From an uncultured Chloroflexia bacterium (GTDB lineage: Bacteria > Chloroflexota > Anaerolineae > JAAYZQ01), in the NCBI GenBank assembly GCA_963700285.1, contig CAVOXA010000014.1:1-64000 (forward strand): 64,000 nucleotides of DNA, given 5' to 3'. Below, one piece after another: positions 21,110 through 30,342 of this stretch. The position numbers were made by a program, and so were the translations under genes. How positions within the stretch are numbered: position 1 is the first letter of the stretch; the number at the start of each line of letters is the position of its first letter. Under the pieces are notes generated by a model that was not told the origin of the DNA, did not search any database, and was given only the letters and a program-made list of their open reading frames with translations.

Positions 21110-21868
21110 ATGGATAGACTCGAAGCCAGCCGTAGCTTTCTCAAGGCCGAGGGTTGGGAGGAATGGACCAAAGACGAGACCGACCAGCGGGCCGGTGTGC
21201 CGGTCCCGCCTCCCCAGAAGCCCTACCCGGAGGATGCCAAGCTCATCGACCTGGTTGCCCCCGAGGACCTGACCGTGGGCCAGATGTCCGTCATGCAGGC
21301 CATCAAGCAACGCCGCAGCCACCGGAGCTTTACCAAGGAGCCGCTGACCCTGGAGGAGCTGTCCTTCCTGCTGTGGGCCACGCAGGGGATCGGCCAGGCC
21401 GACACCCACGACGGGAAGATCGTTCGCACGCTGCGCACCGTGCCCAGCGGTGGAGCGCGCCATCCCTTCGAGACCTACCTGCTCGTGCGCCGCGTGGAGG
21501 GCCTGGAACCCGGGCTGTACCGCTACCTGCCGGTGGAGCACAAGATCTACCTGGTGCGCGCTGACGAGGACCTGACCGCCAAGGCCCACGAGGCCACCCG
21601 CGGCCAGTTCCTGCGACAGAGCGCCGTCGTCTTTATCTGGACCGTGATGCCCTACCGCACCGAGTGGCGCTACAGCTTTCTGTCGGCCAAGATCATCGCC
21701 CAGGATTCGGGCCACCTGTGCCAGAACCTGTACCTGGCCTGTGAGGCCATCGGCGCTGGCACCTGTGCCATCGGCGCCTACGACCAGGACAAAATGGACC
21801 CCGTCCTCGGCGTTGACGGCGAGGACGAGTTTACGATTTATGTCGCCCCAGTAGGCAAGGTACGTTAG
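21110..21868 (+). CDS. SagB/ThcOx-type nitroreductase-family protein
   Basis: RRSHRSF, LSFLLWATQG, RTVPSGGARHP, GLYRYLP, GHLCQNLYL. Confidence 0.85.
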   Translation: MDRLEASRSFLKAEGWEEWTKDETDQRAGVPVPPPQKPYPEDAKLIDLVAPEDLTVGQMSVMQAIKQRRSHRSFTKEPLTLEELSFLLWATQGIGQADTHDGKIVRTLRTVPSGGARHPFETYLLVRRVEGLEPGLYRYLPVEHKIYLVRADEDLTAKAHEATRGQFLRQSAVVFIWTVMPYRTEWRYSFLSAKIIAQDSGHLCQNLYLACEAIGAGTCAIGAYDQDKMDPVLGVDGEDEFTIYVAPVGKVR

Positions 21869-21934
21869 GGCGCCGTCGGCAGGCTCGCCTCAACAGTTGC
21901 TGCGCCAGGTGGCAGAGACTCGCCCTTGGGGAAG

Positions 21935-22017
21935 CCGTCATCCTGAGCGTAGCGAAGGATCTCGATTACGCAGATGGAGATTCTTCGCCTTCGCTGCGCT
22001 CCGGCTCAGAATGACGG
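21935..22017. repeat. Palindromic intergenic element (GTCATCCTGAGC...GCTCAGAATGAC type)
   Basis: Terminal IR CCGTCATCCTGAGC/GCTCAGAATGACGG and inner GCGAAGGATCTC/GAGATTCTTCGC. Confidence 0.7.
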
Positions 22018-22072
22018 GATCGCGGGTTCCTGCACAAGTCCAGACCTGCTCAATACAATAAGGGAGAACCCC

Positions 22073-22867
22073 ATGTCACTGACGATCTATCAAGTTGACG
22101 CATTCACCAACAGACCGTTCGCCGGAAACCCGGCGGCGGTCTGCCTGTTGCCCAAGCCCCGCGACGAGGGCTGGATGCAGGACGTCGCGCGGGAGATGAA
22201 TCTGTCCGAAACCGCCTTCCTGGTCGAAGGGGATGACGGCTACGACCTGCGCTGGTTCACGCCGGCCATGGAGGTGGACCTGTGTGGGCACGCCACGCTG
22301 GCCAGCGCTCACATCTTGTGGGAGACGGGCGAGTTGGGGCCGGAACAGCAAGCCAGATTTCACACGCGCAGCGGGCTCCTGACGGCAAGCCTGGGCACGG
22401 ACCGGATCGAGATGGACTTTCCGGCCACCCCGCCGGAGCCGGTCGAGGCTCCGGCGGTCCTGCTCCAGGCACTGGGCGTCACGCCGCTTTACGTTGGCCA
22501 GAGCATCTTTGACTACCTGGTTGAGGTCGATGCGGAGGCGACGGTCCGCAACCTGCGGCCCGATTTCGGTCTGCTCAAGAGACTCGGCGCCCGGGGCGTG
22601 ATGGTCACCAGCAGGGCAGAGCCTGGAGATTTCCACTTTGTGTCCCGCTTTTTCGGGCTGGGAGCGGGCATCGACGAGGACCCGGTGACCGGCTCGGCCC
22701 ACAGTTGCCTGGGTCCCTACTGGGGCGGCCGTCTGGGCAAACAGGAGATGGTAGCCTTCCAGGCATCGGCCCGGGGCGGCACCGTCCATATCCGCCTGGC
22801 CGGCGAGCGCGTAATCCTGGGTGGCCAGGCGGTGACCGTCCTGCATGCCAAACTGCTGGCCGCCTGA
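22073..22867 (+). CDS. PhzF-family isomerase/epimerase
   Basis: QVDAFT, GNPAAV, NLSETAF, EVDLCGHATLA, EDPVTGSAH. Confidence 0.9.
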   Translation: MSLTIYQVDAFTNRPFAGNPAAVCLLPKPRDEGWMQDVAREMNLSETAFLVEGDDGYDLRWFTPAMEVDLCGHATLASAHILWETGELGPEQQARFHTRSGLLTASLGTDRIEMDFPATPPEPVEAPAVLLQALGVTPLYVGQSIFDYLVEVDAEATVRNLRPDFGLLKRLGARGVMVTSRAEPGDFHFVSRFFGLGAGIDEDPVTGSAHSCLGPYWGGRLGKQEMVAFQASARGGTVHIRLAGERVILGGQAVTVLHAKLLAA

Positions 22868-22906
22868 TGGGGTTTGCCGGTGGACCAAGATGACAGCGAA
22901 TCCTGA

Positions 22907-22936
22907 GGATTCACCGAATCGCTCGCCGGTGAATCC
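22907..22936. other. Intergenic hairpin
   Basis: GGATTCACCG-N10-CGGTGAATCC downstream of the PhzF gene. Confidence 0.4.
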
Positions 22937-23041
22937 GTTGAATCTTGCCGATCCATTTTCATATTGCCCAAAAGGCAGACCCAATCTTCAAGCAGAGAAC
23001 GGCCGTGGTAAGAGACCACGCAGGTAGATCGGAGGTACGGT

Positions 23042-24051
23042 GTGGCGTTGCTCATCATCAACCAGCAACAAGTACGGCAACTACTGCCCATGAAGGCGGC
23101 CATGGAGGTCGTGACGGGCGCCTTCAAGGCCCTGTCCGCCGGCAGCGCGATCAACCCGCTGCGCCAGGTGATGCCCCTCCCCGGCAACCTGGGCGTCCAG
23201 GTCACCATGCCCGCCTACCTGGGCGACCCCGGCGCGACGGGTCTAAAGGCCATCACGGTCTTTCCCGGCAACCACGGCACGGCCTACGATTCTCACCAGG
23301 GGGCGGTACTACTCTTTGGCACCGAGCACGGTGAACTGCAGGCCATCGTCGACGCCAGCGCCATCACGGCCATCCGCACGGCGGCAGCCAGCGGCGTGGC
23401 CACCCAGCTCCTGGCCCGGGAGGATGCAGAGGACCTGGCCATTCTGGGCTCCGGGGTGCAGGCTGCATCCCACTTGCAGGCAATGCTGTTGGCCCGGGAC
23501 ATCAGGCGGGTGCGCGTCTGGAGTCGCGCGCCTGCCCATGCCCAGCGATTTTCCCGTTCCGCATCTGAACAGGTTGGGATCCCCGTCGAACCAGTGCCCA
23601 CCGCCCGGGAGGCGGTCCAGGGCGCGGACATCAGTCTGTACCACGACGGCGGCCCCTACACCCGTGCTACTGGGCGACTGGCTCGAGCCCAGGCCAGCAC
23701 ATCAATGCCGTGGGCTCCAGTGTGCCCTTTGCCCGCGAGCTGGACACCAGCGTCGTGGCAAGGTCGCGGCTATTTGTCGACCGCCGCGAATCGACACTCA
23801 ACGAGGCCGGCGACTTTTTGATGCCCCTCCAGGAGGGCGCCATCGATGCGGGGCACATCCAGGGCGAGATCGGTGAGATCCTCCTGGGCCAGATTCCTGG
23901 GCGAGAATCCCCGCAAGACATCACGCTTTTCAAGTCACTGGGGCTGGCCATCCAGGACCTGGCTTCGGCCCATTATGTCTATCTAGCTGCCCTGGAACAG
24001 GGGCTGGGCACTGAGGTCGAACTGGGCGGCAGGCGCCACCTGGCAGGATGA
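23042..24051 (+). CDS. Ornithine cyclodeaminase / mu-crystallin family (frameshifted at about 23630-23700)
   Basis: ITAIRTAAASG, LGSGVQA, then RELD, EAGDF and LFKSLGLAIQD in a second frame. Confidence 0.85.
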
Positions 24052-24166
24052 ATCCCTGCTCTTCAGGGGCTCTTCTCAGAAAAACCTGATCTGATCCGCG
24101 GCCGGAAACCTGCCAGATCTGCCCCTTTCCTGGCCACTCAGGTCGATTTCCCCCATTTCTCACGAC

Positions 24167-24195
24167 TTGACTTTTTCCCATTGCTGTGATATAAA
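24167..24195 (+). promoter_or_regulatory. Sigma70-type promoter of the three-gene large-protein operon
   Basis: TTGACT-N17-TATAAA with an extended TG in an AT-rich patch; AGGAGG RBS at about 24233. Confidence 0.7.
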
Positions 24196-24249
24196 TATAT
24201 ATATTACCATTCGTCGTCCCCAGCGGACTCGTAGGAGGAGAAATACGGC

Positions 24250-27200
24250 ATGCCTGGTTACAGACCCAGAGTGTCGCTCATCGGACATGGCACCACCGGA
24301 ACAGATGGCATTCCTGCCGGCAACCACCTGCGCTGGTTCTTTGACCGGCGGCTGGGGTTCCCCCTGGGAGGCTTTCGCGTCTATCGGCGGCAGGCAGCGT
24401 ACACGGAGTGGCGGGCGCGCACGTGCACCTACGAGGAGTGGCGGGAGTTTGACAAGAGTCAGGTTCGCTCCGCAGAAGTCAATTGTCTCGAAGCGCCTTC
24501 CGTTGTCTTCAGATCGGATATCCCCTTCTGGGGAGCACCCCAAGATGCCTACGACAAGAGGACTCTCTTTGTCCATTTCGAAGGTGAGCTGAGTATCGAG
24601 TTCGGCAGCCCTGTCCAATTTGCCGACGTGGACTGCTTTCGCAAGGCAGGCCCCGTCCTGGCCCTGGAGGCCAATGACAGCCAGACCGGGCAGGTCGTCG
24701 ACATCGATGTCGCGACGCCCAATCCCGACCGGCTGGAGAGAGTCAAGCTGAGCGTGTCGGGCGCGGGTTTTGATATGCTGAAGCTCAAGGCCGAGGCGGG
24801 GGGGTTTCACAGCATCACCTTTGGCTGGTACGAGCCGGAAAAGTACGGCCATGGCGAGTGGGTCCTGATCAGCGGAGACATCCCAATTCCCCTGCCCTAC
24901 ACCCACCGGCTCTACCCCCTGAGGCACCGTCACAGCGGCGAGCCGGATGGCGACTGGCTGGAGGCCCAGCGCCGGAAGTGGAAACGCGCGGCCTACGATC
25001 GCCAGGACTTTCAGGAGATGCTGGACGTCTTGGGCGACATGTTCGCTCCGCCGAGAGAGTCGCTGATGGTCCGCTACTTTGACTATGCCGCAGAAGGGGG
25101 GCGTCCCCAGGATGAGGGCCTCAGCCTGCGCGTCCTGCCCTCCGATCTCTTGCTGCTGACCTCGCTGGATCCGGTGGTAGCGCGCATTCTGGGCCTTACC
25201 TTTCTCGACCGCAGGGCCGAGGAGGAGTTCCCTACGACTACCGCGTCGAGGGTACATGGATCAAGGGTAACATCTGGCTTCTGGAGAATTACGCAACGAC
25301 CTTTGACCAGCTGGACCTGGGACACGGCTTTCTGCCCTACTTTGCCCTGGGTGAGCTGGTGTTCCAGGGAAGCGACCAGCGCGTCGTGGAGCAGCCCTCG
25401 GACTTGGCCGGCACAACGCACGCCCTGGAGCTGGGAGCCGCTGCCGGGGATACGCTCAGGATCGGCTTCCCGGTGCGGGCCGGCGAGGTACAGGTGTTTG
25501 TCTCTGGCGACCTGACGGGCGCCACTATCACCGGCTACAGGGATGAGCGGAAACGGCAGAGCTCTGTCGCGGAAGGTACGGGCGGCGAACAGATCCTGCA
25601 CCTGAGCGATCCCCGCGGCCTGGACTATGTGGCCGTGCGGGGCAAAAACCTCTACATCCACAAGGTCTGCTACGATCCCGATACGCTGGGGCATCCGGAA
25701 ACCAGGGAAGTGGTCTACACTGGCTACCGGCGCGGGCTGATGGTCCAGGATGCCGGTCTTCCCGCGCCGCCCACGGGTCTGACCGCGACAACCTTCTCCG
25801 GCATGACCCTGTCCGTGGATAATGGCTCTGGCCGGCTGCGGGACGCGCGGCTGAGCGTAGGGCTGTCCTGGGACGTGGAGGATACGCCGGAGGCACTGGT
25901 CCGCTTCCTGGCCTACCGGGAGGACCCCGATGGAGGGCGCAAGGCGCTGAATCAGGGCCTGCCGGTACTGGGCAATGCCGGGCCCGAAAGCCTCGATAGT
26001 GCCAACGGAGAGGGTACGCCTGCCCCTGCCCTGATCAACGACCGGCTGCCCGGTCCCGGCCGCTACCTCTATACCGTGCGGGGCATGGATCTCTTTGGCC
26101 GCGCCAGCGACTACAGCCCGCCCATCGCCGTCGAACCGGCCGAGGATCTCTACCTGCCGCCCCCGCCGCCCGTCGGTGTGCGCGCCCGCTACCTGGACCT
26201 GGCCGACCCCAGTCTGAGTACCGTGGAGTGGGAAAAGCTAACCAGCGCCGGGGCCCCGGCGGCGCTCTCCGTGTCCTGGGCTTGGGATGCCGACCAGGCC
26301 GAGCAGAACCCCGACGTCTCCCAGTTTCACGTCCACCTCCAGCCCGGCTGGCTCAACTCCTACACCCTCCAGGTTCTCTCGGCCGTGGACAATGGCGACA
26401 GCACCGCGCAGGTCGTCGTCCTGTCCGACAGCCTGCGCGGCGTGGCCGCCCGGCAACTGGCCGGCTGCGCGCTCCAGTCCGGTGGCCAGTTCTATCCCGT
26501 CCAGGCCAACGAGGCGGCAACGTCACGGAACCGGGTCCGGCTCACTGTCGGCCGGCCGGAAGGGATCGAAGAGGCGGCGACCGTGCTGGATAACTCTAGC
26601 GACGTCGACCCGGGAGCACAGGCACTGATCGCCACCCGGCGCCCGTTCTTTGCCTACCTGCCGCAGAAGGGTGCTGCCAGCCTGGTCGTCCTACCCTCCA
26701 GCCCGCTCTACGTCGATTACGGCCTGGCAACCAAGTGGATGCACTGGCGCCTGTCCAGCGTCTCCGGCTCCGGCCCCCACGACTACGAGCTCTTTGTACC
26801 CTCACCACCCTTGGCCGCGACCCCCCAGGAGCCCCTGGCCTACGCCCAGGTCACCGTCACCTCCGATGATGGGCGCCAGGAGAGCGCCACGGCTCCGGCG
26901 GCGACCATCTATGCGGTACACCGCGTGCCGCCCCCGGCACCGGCGCGCTCGACGTCGCCCGATACCTATGCCAGCTTCCCCGACGTCTATGGCCAGTCAA
27001 CCTACACCTTCACCTTTGCCCGCGATGCGGCATATTACGAGATCTACCCGAGCCTCACTGGAAACGATTGTCTCCGTCGACCGGGCCCAGCGACAGGGCG
27101 GCCGCTCTCGCAGCCAGGCGGACTATGGCAACTTCCTGGCCAGCTACTCGGTGGAGCCGCTGCGCAGCGAAATCGTGGAGCAGGTCATCGAGCCCGGCGC

Positions 27201-28103
27201 AGGGACGATGGATTATGACAACATGGATAACGATCTACTGCAGGCGCTGGCTAGCCTGCCGGGCAACGAAGCGGCCTTTGGCCGGCTGCACCCGGGCAAG
27301 TTGTCCGCTTCTGACCATGCCAGCCCCGCCGGCAGCGGCGAGTTTGCCTACACCGACAGGACCCTGCCCGGCACAGCCGAAGGCAGCTACTTCTACCGGG
27401 CCAGAGCAGTCGACAGCGCCGAAAACGCCAGCCCGCTGGGCCCGGCTACCCTGCCCATCCGCCTGCGCGACGTCAGCCAGCCCCGGCCACCGGACGTCGT
27501 CTCGGTTCTTGGCGGCGACCGCCAGATCCGCCTGCGCTGGAACGCCAGCCGCGAGACGCACCTGGCCGAGTACCGGCTTTACCGTACCTCCGACCCGGCA
27601 AGTACCGGGGATATCCGCTTGATGGACCCGGTGGTGGTCTGCGGGCCCGATGAGCATGTAGCGGAGCAGGCCAGCCAGCGGGAGTACGCCGATGATACCG
27701 TCGCGCCCCGGACGCCCTATTTCTACCGGATGGTTGCGGTGCGCCATCTGGACTACGAAGATGGGCAGGAAGCCGAATCCCCTCCAGACCATCGCCAGCG
27801 CTACAGGCACAGGCCTACAACGGGCAAACCCCTGAGCCGCCCAACTGGCTGCCCCCACAGGAGCTGCCTGCCGGACTCGAGCTGGCCTGGAGCAGCAGTG
27901 ACACCGGTCTCACCTGCATGGTGCAAAAGAAGGCGTCCGGCTCCCCCGAGTGGGTTTCTCTGAGCGGCTGGCTGGACCCCGGCGACTACCGTTACCTGGA
28001 TGCCAGCCGGGCGCCGGGCGAGGCCGCCGAGTACCGCCTCAAGGTCATGGATGCGGCGGGCCGACTCAACCGCGATTTTGATGTGATGGAGGTGGCGCCA
28101 TGA
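24250..28103 (+). CDS. Large hypothetical protein (about 1280 aa once joined) with Fn3-like modules; frameshifted near 25220, 27047 and 27790-27830
   Basis: Consecutive ORFs read on across the indels (..FLDRRAE/GVPYDYRVEGTW..; ..YEIY/RASLET..). Fn3-like segments PAPPTGL..LSW, YTVRGMDLFGRAS, YRARAVDSAENAS, IRLRWN..YRLYR, YRLKVMD. Confidence 0.7.
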
Positions 28104-30340
28104 CCCAGCATCTTGGGTTGTTCGTTGCAGATCCAGACGACCCCGGTCTCACCTATCTCCACAGCTACGGGCCGGTGCAGAACGGTTTCTCCCACGGATT
28201 GACGATCGGCGCAACGCTGACAGCAGAGCTACGCGCCGCGGTCACAGGTACTCTATCAGCACAGCCCTTCTACTACCACGGCGTGGAACCTGGCGAGCCA
28301 CTGGAGGCTGGCACGGCAACCCCAAGGCCCAAGACGATCACGCTCTATCTCCAGCCGGACCTGGGCCCTAGTCTCGACCCTGAATGGAAAGCCCGAGCCC
28401 AGGCCGCGGGACTGGGGCATCTTGTTGGCTTTGCTTATGGCAACGTGGATGTCAGCACGCTACAGGAAACTTTGGAAGCATCACTGGGAAGCGGTCGTCT
28501 CTCGCAAGCAATCGTCCCACCTGGAGCCATGAGCAACGAAGAGATTATGGACAAGTTCCTTGTGGGGGGCGTAGATCTTGCCGTCCAGGCCGGAGACGTG
28601 ATTGGGTTGCCCGCACTGGCAAGTGTCCAGGCTAGCCCTCCCGAGTGGCGCTTCTCCTTTTACGTGTACACAAGCCTTTTTGATCCGGAGCAAGCGCCCC
28701 CCTACCTGTCCTTGGGGACAACGGGGCCAGTGGATCCGGCAGCGTTCTATGACGAGATGCGCGACTTTGTGGCTGACGGCAGCGAGATGGTTGACGCTTT
28801 GCTTGGGCATGCACCAAAGACCTGGCCGCTCCTGCCGGGCAGCGGATACTCGCTTTCGGACGCGATCGAGGAAACCGCGGTGCATGTCTATCCGATGCCA
28901 GTGCTGAGGACCTTTGCATGGGAACAGACCCTGACTGAGGAGCAGTGGACCCAGGTATGGGGCAACCAGAAGGCCCTCTACCGCCGGCACCTGCTGGCCA
29001 CAGTAGACCCGGACCGGCTGGACGCCCAGGCACAGGCCGATGCCCAGGGCATGCCCCGTTTCAGCTTTAACGATTCCGACGCCTACAATCCCATCCAGTT
29101 GGAGGCCCTGGTCGAGTTTTACGTCAACTTCAGCGATCCCTACGGTCCCGTGGACTATGTCGCTGACCCCAACGATGCCTACGCGCCCATCACCAGGCCC
29201 CTTTCGCCGGGCGACGCCGGGTACCAGACCGTGGAGCTGGGCCAGGGCACGGGCTGGCACCTGATCATCATCCAGAGCTTTGGCGCCAGAAAGAACCTAG
29301 CCGGGTCCGACGCGGCGGCCAACGGCAGTACGATCGAGCTTCTGACGCAAGCAGAGAGGATAGAAGACCTAGATCAATCGTTGCCAGTGATGTACTCCCT
29401 GATGCGCGTGAATGCTGGCTTTGATACCATCTATCTGGACGGTGACACGGCACGTGCCTCTGGGGTATACAGGATCACCGGGGTCAATGCCAGTTCATAC
29501 ACGGTCACGGTCGACGCGACACCCGATCTGGGCAGCCAGCCCTCCGCCTGGCGCATCCCAGCCGGTATCGGCGGCAAGCACCCCCAGGTGGACTATAACC
29601 TGGGGCCAGGAGGCAGCGAGGGCTACGACCACCATGATGGCGCGCTTTTCCTGGTCAAGGATGGTCAAATACACGGTATATGGAGGGGTTCCAGCTACTC
29701 GAGCCGCGATAAATACCACTACCAATACCCGCTTCCCTCCGCTCGGGGTAACCGGGGTTTCTACTTCCGCAGCCATACCTCCGGGAGCAGCGAAACGATC
29801 AACTATGCGTTCCGGATCATGGAGAGCGAGGATCAGCCCGAGACTGATAGGTCTCTGCCAGTGCGTTACTACTTTTACAACCAGGTTGAGGATGGGCGGT
29901 CTGGCGGCGGCTTGGGCCATGCAATCCATCGCGGCTTTCCGGGCAGCCCCCTGCTCGCAACACCGGTCTTCGGCAACGGTTCACTGGGTTGCATGCCCAT
30001 CCTCCAGTTCTTCGATTTCCGCCGGAAGCTAATCGAGGTGTATGCAGATGATCAAGAGGGTTCAGGCTTGAGCGTCGACCCCCGGTTGATGGAGCTAGCC
30101 GGTCTGGATGAGCCGCAGAGCGAGCTGGCCTGGTGCAGGGAACACCCTACTAGTGATAGTGAAAAGTGCGTGGGCATCTTGCCATCGAATGGAGGACCCG
30201 CGGCAGGCCAGGTGACCGAGTTCTCCAAAGCCTGGAGCAACCTGCCGGTGAACGGGCCCGACGAAAGCAAATATCTGATTGAGGGTACCCTGTGGGTGAT
30301 CCACCCCCACGAAGTGCCCAGACATCAGAGCGAGTATTAG
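28100..30340 (+). CDS. Hypothetical protein with a C-terminal L,D-transpeptidase-like H...SxGC motif
   Basis: 746-aa ORF with an ATGA overlap on the upstream gene; IHRG-x15-SLGC near the C-terminus. Confidence 0.7.
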   Translation: MTQHLGLFVADPDDPGLTYLHSYGPVQNGFSHGLTIGATLTAELRAAVTGTLSAQPFYYHGVEPGEPLEAGTATPRPKTITLYLQPDLGPSLDPEWKARAQAAGLGHLVGFAYGNVDVSTLQETLEASLGSGRLSQAIVPPGAMSNEEIMDKFLVGGVDLAVQAGDVIGLPALASVQASPPEWRFSFYVYTSLFDPEQAPPYLSLGTTGPVDPAAFYDEMRDFVADGSEMVDALLGHAPKTWPLLPGSGYSLSDAIEETAVHVYPMPVLRTFAWEQTLTEEQWTQVWGNQKALYRRHLLATVDPDRLDAQAQADAQGMPRFSFNDSDAYNPIQLEALVEFYVNFSDPYGPVDYVADPNDAYAPITRPLSPGDAGYQTVELGQGTGWHLIIIQSFGARKNLAGSDAAANGSTIELLTQAERIEDLDQSLPVMYSLMRVNAGFDTIYLDGDTARASGVYRITGVNASSYTVTVDATPDLGSQPSAWRIPAGIGGKHPQVDYNLGPGGSEGYDHHDGALFLVKDGQIHGIWRGSSYSSRDKYHYQYPLPSARGNRGFYFRSHTSGSSETINYAFRIMESEDQPETDRSLPVRYYFYNQVEDGRSGGGLGHAIHRGFPGSPLLATPVFGNGSLGCMPILQFFDFRRKLIEVYADDQEGSGLSVDPRLMELAGLDEPQSELAWCREHPTSDSEKCVGILPSNGGPAAGQVTEFSKAWSNLPVNGPDESKYLIEGTLWVIHPHEVPRHQSEY

Positions 30341-30342
30341 CC

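Noticed and set aside
21110-21868. Thiazole/oxazole RiPP cluster suggested by the SagB-like gene
   Set aside because: No YcaO, precursor peptide or exporter nearby; stand-alone homologues are common in anaerobes.
21974-22072. N-terminal extension of the PhzF ORF
   Set aside because: It is translated palindromic repeat DNA; the RBS-supported start is at 22073.
22073-22867. Phenazine biosynthesis
   Set aside because: Only the widespread PhzF-like gene is present, with no other phz genes.
24250-28103. Four separate genes or programmed frameshifting
   Set aside because: The protein sequence continues across frames, I saw no slippery heptamers, and similar indels affect ordinary genes in this window.
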